In this document: in pieces, positions 38,901-48,857 of the stretch
Position numbering within the stretch: the stretch's first letter is position 1
How the letters are laid out: each line of letters opens with the position of its first letter
Source: Acinetobacter phage vB_AbaS_TCUP2199
Reading direction: 5' to 3' (one strand)
DNA length: 64,000 nucleotides
Sequence record: ON323491.1
Translations under genes and position numbers: made by a program
Notes under the pieces: model-generated
Database searches by the model: none
Seen by the model: only the letters and a program-made list of their open reading frames with translations
What the model was told of the DNA's origin: nothing

Positions 38901-39366
38901 AACGCCAATTAGTGTCACCAACACGACGATATTTCACCTGAAAAATTACAGATGATTCATAACTGTTCTGACCATCACCAGCGGTTAATTGGTTAATGAT
39001 GATACGAACATCTAAGCTTTTGATAGCGCCACGGTATTGGGCTGGTGTAACGATTGTTCGCGCAACATCTGCAGGTAAAGATAAACCTAAACTACCAGCA
39101 ATAATTGAAGATTCACCGCCCGAAAAATAACGGATAGGTTGATCATCCATATACCCTTGACGAATATTTACAGCTACGTCTTGGAAATTATACTCCCCAG
39201 TCTCAGCTACCAAAGGCAAATTATTGATGTAGAAAGATTTTAAACCATCTTTTAATCCAAAAATGGTTCCTTCACACATACCAAATGCCAGCTCTACAAT
39301 ATCTTGGCTATATAAGTTATCGGCCGCAATCGTAGGGCTAGGCGGTTGTTTTTTCTTACCACCCAT
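35977..39366 (-). CDS. host-specificity / central tail fibre protein, lambda J-like (1129 aa)
   Basis: Size (lambda J is 1132 aa) and position after the I-like gene. Confidence 0.7.
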   Translation of the reverse strand: MGGKKKQPPSPTIAADNLYSQDIVELAFGMCEGTIFGLKDGLKSFYINNLPLVAETGEYNFQDVAVNIRQGYMDDQPIRYFSGGESSIIAGSLGLSLPADVARTIVTPAQYRGAIKSLDVRIIINQLTAGDGQNSYESSVIFQVKYRRVGDTNWRYVNETTETLIQYKRKVATLRQAAKDRGLDFDAMTPAQQYDFELNTLKELKNIVSADLGNLDTPAETEIQYQNGGYGRLIRRAYSVDLYEKYLSQLPTGTTTSQIQNEMIVVTGKTTAGYIYELNIPIFDDSDANHDWEVQIVRRSKELTSDEKKFSSKTISLDSVTIITDTEKAYPKTAICHVVAQHTDRFDDVPDFTAEIMGLMCDIPVNYNPITKTWAGIWDGRFKKGWTDNNALIAREIIMNRDWGKRASEPQLRVDNTSLMEAIKYCDEKVPDLNGEMKPRHTFNEAITAERDIDEYLKYVLGSFHATSREMFGVYRFFIDKPKTPRFFVSSETVFQTGLSYYRSDLSSRYNFMRVIFANAANDYQEDRRVLLDEESQAVNGIIPYAFQCVGATNLSEAIRQAVYLMYTNKEETTFITFTQPRLGHVVDLYDNFYIFDKEMDWGLGTRISSYDPATQLVTLRDALVEMSSSEVYTMYFHTQDTVMTAFVKSINPHQLLVTEVEKLDDVNLYLNSIENAPIGLAGGVYGQPKIFRVLSIEQTDSSDVAQGEMFLFKGAIVAPIKYQAIDNINDPSLVNFKYNSLDLTYKRDRIPSMPFDVRLWLRDLSNALGQPTYGITFNTIDPAHKYKITWVNKETGEARETILFDTEGVLAPAFPETTSLKLKITPYNKAGQAGEPLIMDNVQLGKAQENGLPKFISAEYYAPTKSIRFAFTQANFQPYTGLIYNEAYVNYSAPYRSSANQPVPVDSTYYDIPYVGAGTYKMSLRYEATSAANGGFVDTQKTDTWTYYGDDSGSLPVAKYPKPVILGIESYTRAKQSWNIRTAPEGMVFVHLVVQIPNYSQYPIFEQYFREQYAWSPFFAVISDHNDGDYRIYGYLDLPIKAASTPANSGIFDLYFEVDNSMGGILFAPDETFVGAKIKIRVSDKNGVIGDPPDWEYNALDSEWAEVIVPAVSTNGFNPTAVYNSSSS

Positions 39367-39378
39367 AAGGGTACTCCA

Positions 39379-40152
39379 TTAAAATTCTGAACCAGTACGG
39401 TAAGTACCATTATCCACTTGATTTAATTTAACCTTATCACCAGCTTGGACAAAACCATAATACTTGTTAAGGTTTTGGGTTGGTAAATTTTCATCTACTT
39501 TACCAGTGAAATATGGTGAGTCAGTCGGGTCATCAATACCACTATATTTGCGAGATTCAACGTTGAAGCTGAACATGTGGAAACCAATTTTGTAGGTTCC
39601 AAACACGATTTGAATAGGTGTACCGATTTCCGAAGTGGTTCTGGCCCCAAAAGTACGTGAGCTATAATTACCATCATTCTTGGTTTCACTTTCTTTTGGA
39701 GTCGGTGACAGCAACTGCATAACCCCCATAAGCATTAAGCCGTAACCGACTTTAATCATGACGGTTGTAGCTGCTGCAGCAAACGCACCACTGGCACCTG
39801 TAAATAATGCAGGGGCTGCGTATGGGGCAAGGACCGCGACAACAACCAAGACAACACCAATGACAATGTTTAACCAACCATTACCGCCACCAGCACCTTG
39901 GTAAGTTGAAGGTGCAACCATATTCTCACCAACAGGTACAATGTCAAACACATGTTGATCGTCAGCAATAGTCGGGTTATTTAACTCAACCATGGTATGT
40001 AATTGTTTAATCCTGACTGGAACTGGTTTAATTTTTCCGTTCTCAGGATGTTGGGTAGCCAACAGTTTTAAAGCATCCAAAGGTGTGGATGCTTCAATAT
40101 TGACTTCTGCAGGAAATAAATGCTGCAGGTCTGGGTGGAATTTTAGAATCAT
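39379..40152 (-). CDS. tail assembly protein, lambda I-like
   Basis: Central hydrophobic Gly/Ala-rich segment; position between K and J. Confidence 0.55.
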   Translation of the reverse strand: MILKFHPDLQHLFPAEVNIEASTPLDALKLLATQHPENGKIKPVPVRIKQLHTMVELNNPTIADDQHVFDIVPVGENMVAPSTYQGAGGGNGWLNIVIGVVLVVVAVLAPYAAPALFTGASGAFAAAATTVMIKVGYGLMLMGVMQLLSPTPKESETKNDGNYSSRTFGARTTSEIGTPIQIVFGTYKIGFHMFSFNVESRKYSGIDDPTDSPYFTGKVDENLPTQNLNKYYGFVQAGDKVKLNQVDNGTYRTGSEF

Positions 40153-40466
40153 GTAGTTTCTTCTCTAAGAACAAAATCACGACGGACATAATATTCAGCG
40201 TATTCATCACGACTATTATAGATTCTATGTCTATGATCTGGATACGCTAAAAAGGATAAATAATCATCCAAACTAAGGTTGATGTTATCATCCACATGTG
40301 AATGCCAAAAATAGGCAATCTGGTCCTTGTACTTTTCTATTTCCGCAGGGTCCATAGCGAAAAAATTACTAGGCTCTTTATGGATGTTCGGCACTTCAAT
40401 TTGAGTGCCGTCCTTTAAAATAAATCCACAGCGTTCGCTAAATGGACTCCAAAACTTACTCGACAT
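40149..40466 (-). CDS. MPN/JAMM domain protein (lambda K N-domain-like)
   Basis: HSHVDDNINLSLDD fits JAMM H-x-H-x(7-8)-S-x-x-D; upstream Glu in IEVPN. Confidence 0.5.
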   Translation of the reverse strand: MSSKFWSPFSERCGFILKDGTQIEVPNIHKEPSNFFAMDPAEIEKYKDQIAYFWHSHVDDNINLSLDDYLSFLAYPDHRHRIYNSRDEYAEYYVRRDFVLREETT

Positions 40467-40935
40467 ACCCAGCCACCTTCTGATAATTAGGCATTAAATC
40501 AATTACGTTGAACTGTACTACAGCATGTTCAACATCCTTGTGACGAGAAACCATTTGAATGCGACGAAGCCAAGCTGGTGTTAATGCTTCCTCACGTGGT
40601 TCACGATCAACTAATTGATGTAAGAATAACTGGTTGCCAAGATAAATACCAACATGATTAATGGTACTGGCATGGACAGTCATGCTTAGAACATCACCAG
40701 CTTGCATGTCTTTTACATCCACACACGGTAAGTGTTGCCAGTAATCTTCACTATAAATTTTGGCAAACAAATCTAGGCGCGGGTCATAAAAATCCCGCGG
40801 TCTGGCATAGTTTGGCAAGAGGACACCACAGGCTCTGTTTAAGACAGTTCTCACCACAGAGTAGCAGTCTGATTCCCCCTGAATATAAGGCAAATTTAAT
40901 AAATCCTTATATACATCATACGGAATGTATTGCAT
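40456..40935 (-). CDS. NlpC/P60 peptidase domain protein (lambda K C-domain-like)
   Basis: Catalytic Cys in ESDCYSV; His in INHVGIYLG. Confidence 0.55.
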   Translation of the reverse strand: MQYIPYDVYKDLLNLPYIQGESDCYSVVRTVLNRACGVLLPNYARPRDFYDPRLDLFAKIYSEDYWQHLPCVDVKDMQAGDVLSMTVHASTINHVGIYLGNQLFLHQLVDREPREEALTPAWLRRIQMVSRHKDVEHAVVQFNVIDLMPNYQKVAGYVE

Positions 40936-40950
40936 AAAAATCCTTTATTA

Positions 40951-41469
40951 TCAAACGTTTACGTGATAAAACTCAGGTGGATAATATCCGCGTGGCGGGA
41001 ATCGCTGAGCTAAGTTATCGCCTAAACGACGTAAAGTTAAACTTACCTTGGTACTAATCATTGGAATTTGATAGACCTTCCAAATATCAGTACGTACAAC
41101 TTTACCAGTAGTTTCTGAACCATATTCAGCTTCAATCTGGTAACGAGTTATTAAGGCACCTTCTAAACGACCAGAGACAGCCAGTTTGTTGAACATGGAG
41201 TCTGGGTTTGATAAATCAATGTTTGGTCGGCTCTTTTCATCCGATTGGGTTAATAAATCACCAGTGATTGAGAAATCTAAATAGACATAAGTTTCATCTA
41301 AATATTTAAACTCAAACTGGTCACAAATTAAAATTTGTTGACCATCAACAGTTTTGATCTTCAACAAATTAATCGTGGTTTTTTGCTGCAGGGAATTGAC
41401 CTGCAACAAATCTAATTCAGAATCAGCCATTAATGTCTTTCTCCTGTAGGGTTTGGAATGGAGTTTCAA
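40951..41469 (-). CDS. minor tail protein (L/M-like position)
   Basis: Position only. Confidence 0.45.
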   Translation of the reverse strand: MKLHSKPYRRKTLMADSELDLLQVNSLQQKTTINLLKIKTVDGQQILICDQFEFKYLDETYVYLDFSITGDLLTQSDEKSRPNIDLSNPDSMFNKLAVSGRLEGALITRYQIEAEYGSETTGKVVRTDIWKVYQIPMISTKVSLTLRRLGDNLAQRFPPRGYYPPEFYHVNV

Positions 41470-42310
41470 TCAATGTTAATTCAATTGTTGGCAGTATGCC
41501 AGAATTAGCTGCTGGCTTAGTTAAGGTTAATGGCTCCTTAAAACGTACAGGAATAATTTCGTCGGCATATTTCCAGTTAAACACAGTTTTTAAACGGTTC
41601 TGGATGTAAAAAATTTCCAGTAAAGCAGCATTACGTTCAGGCCAGTAGCTCAAACTGATCTCATCGTTTGGAGTGAGAAAATACTGCAGACCTTCAATGT
41701 GAACTTTAATGGTCCGTAAAGCTGGCTTATTATCTTTGAAAATCATGTTGTAATTACCGCCCAAAGGGGTAATCAACGTATCTTCACGATATTCCATTTC
41801 TACGTCATAGAAACCACAAGGGAAAGCAATTTTTCCAGTCAGGTCTTCGTTTTGATCAAAATAAAAATCCGTGTCAATGATTTCAATCAAGGTAACATTT
41901 AAACCCTGAATGGTTTGACTGTTTGGATTTTTCTTAGGTAAAACGATTGGCCGTGCAAAACGTACTTTTAAATCACCATACACAGGATGTGGATAAACAA
42001 AAGCTTTGTGCAAGCCATGCTCTAAGTAAAAGGTTTGCAGTTTGGCATAGTTATATTCATCTGGGCAAGTTGTCTCTACACCACCATTATAAAATAAGGT
42101 TGGAAATTCCAGTTCAAAAGTACGCAAGGGCTTTACTGTCTGTGAAAAGACATACTCTTGGGTACTGTTGTTTTTTACACTGGCATGAGTAAACGGCTCT
42201 TGATAAGCCGTTCCAAAATTATGACAATCCCAGATAAACCGTTTAAGGGTAGGGTCAGTAATGACCCGCCCCTTAAAGTTTTGGCTGAAATCAAAAGTTT
42301 TAATAGCCAT
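41423..42310 (-). CDS. minor tail protein (M/L-like position, 295 aa)
   Basis: Immediately after the tape measure gene. Confidence 0.5.
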   Translation of the reverse strand: MAIKTFDFSQNFKGRVITDPTLKRFIWDCHNFGTAYQEPFTHASVKNNSTQEYVFSQTVKPLRTFELEFPTLFYNGGVETTCPDEYNYAKLQTFYLEHGLHKAFVYPHPVYGDLKVRFARPIVLPKKNPNSQTIQGLNVTLIEIIDTDFYFDQNEDLTGKIAFPCGFYDVEMEYREDTLITPLGGNYNMIFKDNKPALRTIKVHIEGLQYFLTPNDEISLSYWPERNAALLEIFYIQNRLKTVFNWKYADEIIPVRFKEPLTLTKPAANSGILPTIELTLIETPFQTLQEKDING

Positions 42311-42311
42311 A

Positions 42312-45300
42312 TTATTCGTTCACAATTTGCTTAATCAGGGTTTTCAACTCACCACTTCGGGTTAAGTTGTCTGCCACAGCTACAACCACATCATTCTTGT
42401 TTAAAGACTGAGGTACACTGTTTTGAGTAACAACGTAAACATTGGTGTTGCTCGGTGGTCGCGGTGGCGCTTCTTGCTTCATAGAAACATTATACTTAGT
42501 ATTTAACGTACCTGCTGGGTCAGCCCGTAAATTTTCTAAGAAACCTAAACCTACCGTATCTGTCACACTGCTTGGTAATACATACTCATCCTTAGACAAC
42601 AAGGTTGGTAAGGTATCAACATTTGGTGCGCCATAACCTTTTACTAGGCCACCTTCACTGTACATGCCCCACGAACCACCTGACGGTAAGTTGTAGTTCA
42701 TCGTTGCAGAAGGTGTTGCTGCAGATCGGCTTAAAGCGTCTGCTGCAGTTACTGTACCTGCCGCTGCTGCACCAGCACCGCCAAAGTAAGCTGAACCGAT
42801 AGCAGCACCAATCTGGATAACTGAGCGTAACCAGCCAAATTTATCTTTAGGCTGTTCAGGTGCAGAGTATGCATTCTGACCAATTCGTGTTGCCGATGCT
42901 GTACCTAACGCTTTTGCAATACCTTGGCCGATGCCTGTGCCACCAATTAGGCCACCGTTACCTTCCTCGCCAAACAATGCGCCAGTAACTAACTGCATAA
43001 ACTGCTGAGCAATGCGGTCAGTAACAATCTTCATCATGGTTTGTAAGATGCTATAACCAAATGCTTTGAAAGCTTCTTTTGATTCACGGGAACCGCCAAC
43101 CAAAATTTTAAAAAAGTCGTCAAAGCTATCGGAAGCTTCCCAAGCTGTACTGATCAACTGGTTGAAAGCACCCTGAACACTGCCCAAGACATTTTCAACG
43201 TCAGCATATTTCTGGTTTTCTGAATCCATTTGACGTTGGTTTTTACCCACAATCGCACGGACAGTCTCACCGATACCAAATTGGCTTGGACGGAAATTAC
43301 CATCAAGTTCTTTAAGCTTTTGCTCAGTTTCACGAAGCTTAGTTTTCCATTCGATAAGGTCAGCACTTTGTTTAGTTAAATCTTCTGTCAGCTTGGTTTG
43401 CTGCTTTTTAATTTCAGTAATAGTTGCTTCGCTAATTTCCTTATCACTAATTGTCTGAGCATTTTCAATCAACTTAGCAGAAATGGCCTCTTGCTGCGCT
43501 TGTGCTTCTGCAATTTTGGCCGTGATCTCAGAAATAGCATCATTGTAAACCACACGACGAACTTCTAGGTCATTCAATTCAACTTGGTTTTGAGCTTCTA
43601 AACCAGCTTGGCTAATTTTGTAGCTCAGGTCTTCACGTTGAATATCTGAATATTTATCCTTGTATCGTGGGTCATCCATCAATGCACGTTTAGCTTGCAT
43701 TTCACCGATGCCAGCTTGGTCCTGTACTTCCCAAGTGTTCACCTGTTTCTGGAAGTCCAAACCTTGAAGGCTATCTTTCACACGGTTGTTGGTTTCAGCA
43801 ATAGAGTTATTGATGTTATCAAGGAACTCTTTATTTTGCTTTTTGATGATTTCGGCATACGAAGTAGCTGCGTCTTTCAACCATTTCTTTCTACGTGTGT
43901 CAATATCCAGCTTCAAGTTTTCAGTGTCAGTTTTCAACTTCAAGTCTGCAGACATAACCACGTAGTTGCCCAATACCTTGTTTTGTGCGCTGTAAGTTAC
44001 AGCATCAAACTTGGTAAGGTCAGCAGTCATCTTAATTTCTTGTTCTTTCAAGTCTTTCAACTGATCAAACAATTTTGCAGCTTCCACAGTTTGCTTGTAA
44101 TCATCACCGTCACGAATGTCTTTTACATTCTTCAACTGTTGTTCAACAGATGAGATTTGAGCTTTGATTTCATCCAAACCATATTGTTTAGCTTCACGCT
44201 CACGTTTACGTTCTTCGGTGTCTTTAGCTTGGGCAGACTGAATCGCATTGTTAGTCTGACTTTGTAAAGAATCCATTTCCCGCTGGAAAGCCTGAACACG
44301 TGTAGTCAAGGTGTCATACTCACGCTTTTCAGCAGGTGACAACTTGTTCACGTCTTTACTGCCATACTTGGTTTCTAACAAGTTAGCATCGTTTTCCTGT
44401 AAACCTTTTAAGCGTTCCAAGATAGCCAAATCGGTTTTGATATTGTCTGGTACTTCTACTTCACCAGCCAGTTGGAATCGACCACCAGTTTTGCTTACAT
44501 TTGCGTAGTTCGCTGCAATCTTAGAAACGTACTGGCTTGATTCCTGATAACGAGCCTTGGCACCTTTACCATTCTTGTAATTTCTTAAATCACCAGAACC
44601 CATGTAGTAAGCACGGAACGCATCTTCATAGTTGCCAAACTCTTTATATTTTTGAGCAATGTACTTGGCACCAGCCATGATGTTGTTTTCATCATTGCCA
44701 ACGATGCTGTTGTAGTTAAAGCCAGCATCTTGAGCTGCCGCACGGGTAACTTGCATTACACCAACTGCAGATGTGGTGATTGGTTTACCGTTAGCATCAT
44801 ACTTACCAGTTTTGCCAAGTACAGTGCTTGAACCCAAGCTTGACTCAGTGATACTTTGTGCAACCAAAAATTCAACAGGCACACCAGTTGCTGCCGAAGC
44901 TTTCTTGAAAGCTGGCATCAAATCTTTGAGACGCTGTTGCTGAGCCAAAGTCAATGGTTTAGCAGATGCACCAGTCATGTTCACCATGTTGCCCATGTTC
45001 GCATTAGCTGGGATACGGCCTGTACGACGCATGTTCAAAATGTCAGCTTGAACAGTGTTCTGCGCTGATTGAACATTACGCTGGTTTTCAGTCATATCCT
45101 GTTGGCTAAGGGTAGAACTGAATCGGTTGATCAGGTTCGTATAATCCTTAAAGCCATTCATCATGTTATTGATGCTGGCAATGGTAGTACGAGCATTGGC
45201 TTTTTGTTCTGGCGTAGTACGGCTATCAGAAACTCGATTCTGGTATTGTTTACGCGCACCATTAATAATGGTGTTGAACTCATTGACTTTTGCTTTGATC

Positions 45301-48300
45301 TTTGGTAAAGCTTCACGCGCTTCATCTGGTGTCATATCATTCAAGGTCATTGCTGCCTGAGTGATACTGTTCGCCAAGTTTTGAATCGCTTGGGCGCTTC
45401 CTGTACCGCCATTTGCTTTATTGGCTTGAGAAATTGCTGTAAAGAACTCTAAACCTGACGGGTTAGGGTCACCACCTAAACCACCACCGATTAAACCTCT
45501 TGCACTTACACCATATTTAGCATAAGGGTTAGCAGGCTTAACAGCTTGACTTAAATTATTGAAATCATAGACTTTTCCGAAGTTATTCTTGCTGACACTG
45601 TTAGGGCCAAAGAAGTCGCCACGGTCCTGTAATTCCTTACCTTTCAACTGAGCTGTGATGTACGCTAAGTTTTGAAGCTCAGCAATCTGGTTGTCCAGAT
45701 TCATCACCAATTCTTTACCTAAAGCTAGGCGTAATTCTTCCCAACCCAAGCGGACCGACTCAATATTATTTTTTAAGTCTGTGCCAAGGGTAATACCAAG
45801 CTCAGATGCTCGGTCTTTTAACTTAGCCATTTCTACAGCAACTGCTGCAGGGTCATCTTTTAATGACTCAAAACGTGACTCAAGAGAAACGATTTTCTTA
45901 TCAGTCTCTTGGATTTCATTTTGGGTGTTAGAAATCGCATCGTTCAAGTTGTTGACCGATGTTTTGGTGGCTTCCATACTGATCTTCAAATCTTCATTTG
46001 AATCACTGAATGCTTTGAATGCCAAAATACCCGCTGAAACGAGAGCTGTGATAATTGCCAACTGAGGTGCAGTCAACATCATGGCTGCTCGTAAAGCAGT
46101 CATTGCTGTGGTTGCGCCACCTGCAGCTACACCGCTTGCAGTTGTAGCTGCAGTCATAACTGCAGAAGCTGCCGCTGCTTTACGGTAAATATCGGCCAAA
46201 GCAATCACGGCACCGATTGAACTACGGATAATTAAGATACCAGTTGTCAAGGCCCCAGCCATTACTACCACTTGGGTTGTGTAACGAACCACACCGTTGT
46301 CCGTCAATTCACGGAAACCGATGAGCATATCGCCAATGGTACGGACCACATCCGTAAGAGTGTCACGTAAACCAGCACCTGAAACTTCTGCCAAGGCTTT
46401 AAACTGGTTCGTCATGCGGTCAGTTTGAGCTGCCAATGAGTTCATTTGAACTTCGTTAGCATCCATGGCTGCAGTGTTATTATCCAAGTTTGCAGACAAA
46501 TCATCGTACATTTGCAAGTTGTTAGATAATGCTGTATAGAACGCTACCGAACGAACTTCAAATGATTGGTATGCATCTGCAGTGGTAAACCCTGCTTCAC
46601 GTAAAGTTTTTAACGCACCAACCAAACCTTTTGTACGAATGTCAACATCTGCAGCACTCAAACCTAGTCGGGTAAGAATGTCTGAGAATTTTTGACTTGG
46701 TGCGATAAGGTCTGTCAACAATTGACGGAAACCAGTACCGAGTGTTGAACCAGATCGTACACCAGCGTTGGCAACGGTAGAGACAGAAGCCAATAATTCT
46801 TCAAAATCTAAGCCAGCATCAGATGCAGCGTTACCCGCGTACTGAACAGCAAGCTGGAATTTTTGAATATCCAACTTAGATAAGTTCATTGCTTGGGTAA
46901 TTTGGTTCACAATCGTCGGCATGTTTTCAGCAGACAACTGGAAGGCACCAAGTGATGATGTAGCAATGTCCACCGTTTCTTTTAACGATGAGCCAGTTGC
47001 TGTTGCAAGCAAGGTCACTGATTCCAAGGTCTTTTCAATTTCAGACATTGAGAAACCAGCTTGTGCCAAGCTAGTTGCAGCGTCAGTGATTTCAACCGCT
47101 GAGAAGCGAGAGTTTTCCGCTACCTTTAAGATTGAGCCACTTAATGACTGCATCTGGGTATCAGTCGCTTGCGAAATTGCCTGAGTTTGCTTCAAGGCAT
47201 TTTCAAAGTCACGCAAGAACTGGTAGCTGCCAGTAAGCGCACCAATACCAGCACCCAACATGGCAAAGTCACGAAGGAAGCTAATACGGTTCGCTAAACG
47301 TGAGCCAGAGATTTCAGACTCTGATTTTTGTTCAGCTTGTGACTCTTTAATCGCACGGGTACGAGCCTTGATAGCATCAACCTCTTGTTGGTATTTAACC
47401 ACAAGGTCTGTTGCATCTTTTTTGGCTTGGGTATTACCCAATTTTTCTGCTTCATACAAAGCTGATTTTGCCTGAGACAAACGCTTGGTCATTGTTACTT
47501 GACGAGCGATTAAGTCATCTGGGGCAAGTTGTGCAATTTTGTCTGCAGATAATGTGTCTACACGCAAGCCACCTTTCAAGGTGTCTTGTAATTTTACATT
47601 ACGTTGCTGCTCGTCATTGGTTTTACGGATAGCTTTTAATTCGTCATCCGTTTGCTTGAGGTTGGTACGCTTCAAGTTAGAAATGGCTTGCAACTTGACA
47701 CGTTCAGCTTCAAGGTTATCCAAAATTTTGCTAAGTGAAGCCAATTCCTTGTCACGGGTTTTGCTGTCATCTTGCAAATATGTTTGGGCCATTAAACGGT
47801 TGGCTGCAGCAATTTTTTGAGTGTTGGTCGCTAAAGCCTGCTGAGTGCTACCGCCTGCAATCGGGTCCTTGGAAGGTTGCAAGTTTGCTTTACTCGCCAT
47901 GAACTGACGAATAGCTTTTTCATCTGCAGCAGTAGTGTAGTTACGATTCAAACGTGACGAAGCAGCAGCCTGAGTTGCATACTCAGACATTGGTTGACGA
48001 AGGAACGCAACAGCAGCTTCATCTTGAAGACGACGCATAGTTGCCAAGCCTTTCATCTTCACATTCAGATCAGACATGGTTTTCTGATACTGATCTAAAG
48101 CTTTGCTGGCTTCCTCAGCTTTTTTAATGTCACCCTGTAGACGTGCAGCATTTAAACGAGTATCGAGAACGCTACGAATAACCTTCGGGTCATAATCCTT
48201 GAACAATGAGTTCATTGTGTTTGGATTCGAGAAACGACGACGGCTCTCCATCAACTGAACGAATTGGTTATCCAGTGATGCTTGGTTAGTTCGGCTGTAA

Positions 48301-48602
48301 GCTTGACGTTGAATATTGGCAGGTGTAGTCGTAAGCAAATCAATTTGCTGACGCAACCGTTTGAGAGTTTGTGCATTAAGGGCTGAGTTTTCACCCACAC
48401 CTTTTTGCATCTTTTGCATATCATCATTGATTGACTTGAGGATAGCACCTACGCCAGCAGCAGTCTGGCGTAGTTGTTGCATTCTCTCAGTCAACTGAGT
48501 AATTGAACCTAACGCATTTCCTGTTAGGTTAAACCCCACGTCAATGTTGTCGTTCGGAGTATCGTTAGCCATGTTTTTGGTTCTCGAAAAACTGTTTAAC
48601 AC
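42312..48602 (-). CDS. tail tape measure protein with internal lytic transglycosylase (SLT) domain, 2096 aa
   Basis: Very long coiled-coil-rich ORF after the chaperones; SLT motifs TESSLGS...GVMQV...AYYMG. Confidence 0.85.
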   Translation of the reverse strand: MLNSFSRTKNMANDTPNDNIDVGFNLTGNALGSITQLTERMQQLRQTAAGVGAILKSINDDMQKMQKGVGENSALNAQTLKRLRQQIDLLTTTPANIQRQAYSRTNQASLDNQFVQLMESRRRFSNPNTMNSLFKDYDPKVIRSVLDTRLNAARLQGDIKKAEEASKALDQYQKTMSDLNVKMKGLATMRRLQDEAAVAFLRQPMSEYATQAAASSRLNRNYTTAADEKAIRQFMASKANLQPSKDPIAGGSTQQALATNTQKIAAANRLMAQTYLQDDSKTRDKELASLSKILDNLEAERVKLQAISNLKRTNLKQTDDELKAIRKTNDEQQRNVKLQDTLKGGLRVDTLSADKIAQLAPDDLIARQVTMTKRLSQAKSALYEAEKLGNTQAKKDATDLVVKYQQEVDAIKARTRAIKESQAEQKSESEISGSRLANRISFLRDFAMLGAGIGALTGSYQFLRDFENALKQTQAISQATDTQMQSLSGSILKVAENSRFSAVEITDAATSLAQAGFSMSEIEKTLESVTLLATATGSSLKETVDIATSSLGAFQLSAENMPTIVNQITQAMNLSKLDIQKFQLAVQYAGNAASDAGLDFEELLASVSTVANAGVRSGSTLGTGFRQLLTDLIAPSQKFSDILTRLGLSAADVDIRTKGLVGALKTLREAGFTTADAYQSFEVRSVAFYTALSNNLQMYDDLSANLDNNTAAMDANEVQMNSLAAQTDRMTNQFKALAEVSGAGLRDTLTDVVRTIGDMLIGFRELTDNGVVRYTTQVVVMAGALTTGILIIRSSIGAVIALADIYRKAAAASAVMTAATTASGVAAGGATTAMTALRAAMMLTAPQLAIITALVSAGILAFKAFSDSNEDLKISMEATKTSVNNLNDAISNTQNEIQETDKKIVSLESRFESLKDDPAAVAVEMAKLKDRASELGITLGTDLKNNIESVRLGWEELRLALGKELVMNLDNQIAELQNLAYITAQLKGKELQDRGDFFGPNSVSKNNFGKVYDFNNLSQAVKPANPYAKYGVSARGLIGGGLGGDPNPSGLEFFTAISQANKANGGTGSAQAIQNLANSITQAAMTLNDMTPDEAREALPKIKAKVNEFNTIINGARKQYQNRVSDSRTTPEQKANARTTIASINNMMNGFKDYTNLINRFSSTLSQQDMTENQRNVQSAQNTVQADILNMRRTGRIPANANMGNMVNMTGASAKPLTLAQQQRLKDLMPAFKKASAATGVPVEFLVAQSITESSLGSSTVLGKTGKYDANGKPITTSAVGVMQVTRAAAQDAGFNYNSIVGNDENNIMAGAKYIAQKYKEFGNYEDAFRAYYMGSGDLRNYKNGKGAKARYQESSQYVSKIAANYANVSKTGGRFQLAGEVEVPDNIKTDLAILERLKGLQENDANLLETKYGSKDVNKLSPAEKREYDTLTTRVQAFQREMDSLQSQTNNAIQSAQAKDTEERKREREAKQYGLDEIKAQISSVEQQLKNVKDIRDGDDYKQTVEAAKLFDQLKDLKEQEIKMTADLTKFDAVTYSAQNKVLGNYVVMSADLKLKTDTENLKLDIDTRRKKWLKDAATSYAEIIKKQNKEFLDNINNSIAETNNRVKDSLQGLDFQKQVNTWEVQDQAGIGEMQAKRALMDDPRYKDKYSDIQREDLSYKISQAGLEAQNQVELNDLEVRRVVYNDAISEITAKIAEAQAQQEAISAKLIENAQTISDKEISEATITEIKKQQTKLTEDLTKQSADLIEWKTKLRETEQKLKELDGNFRPSQFGIGETVRAIVGKNQRQMDSENQKYADVENVLGSVQGAFNQLISTAWEASDSFDDFFKILVGGSRESKEAFKAFGYSILQTMMKIVTDRIAQQFMQLVTGALFGEEGNGGLIGGTGIGQGIAKALGTASATRIGQNAYSAPEQPKDKFGWLRSVIQIGAAIGSAYFGGAGAAAAGTVTAADALSRSAATPSATMNYNLPSGGSWGMYSEGGLVKGYGAPNVDTLPTLLSKDEYVLPSSVTDTVGLGFLENLRADPAGTLNTKYNVSMKQEAPPRPPSNTNVYVVTQNSVPQSLNKNDVVVAVADNLTRSGELKTLIKQIVNE

Positions 48603-48843
48603 TTTCGACGGTGTTAAGAACAGGAAGTGACTTAATCTTTTGGTCGATTATAGCACTACCCGACGGTTTTTCTGGTTCCCCAAATGCATTTTTTAATAAC
48701 AGTCCAAATACTTCATATTGTTGCTGATATTCGACTTGCTTAGTTTGTAAATGAAGCTGTAGCTTCATTTCAATATCTTCGTATGTAACGGTCCAAAAGA
48801 AGCTTTGCAAATCAGAGGGGTTTATGCCGAAGCATAAACACAC
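48565..48843 (-). CDS. tail assembly chaperone, T-like (-1 frame relative to G-like)
   Basis: Overlaps the end of the G-like ORF in the -1 frame, which stays open upstream. Confidence 0.45.
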   Translation of the reverse strand: MCLCFGINPSDLQSFFWTVTYEDIEMKLQLHLQTKQVEYQQQYEVFGLLLKNAFGEPEKPSGSAIIDQKIKSLPVLNTVESVKQFFENQKHG

Positions 48844-48857
48844 CGCCTGTGGAAAGT

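Noticed and set aside
42442-47820. Several + strand ORFs of 60-150 aa antisense to the tape measure gene
   Set aside because: They lie wholly inside a 6.3-kb minus-strand gene, have no RBS and a low-complexity composition mirroring the coiled-coil codons. Spurious.
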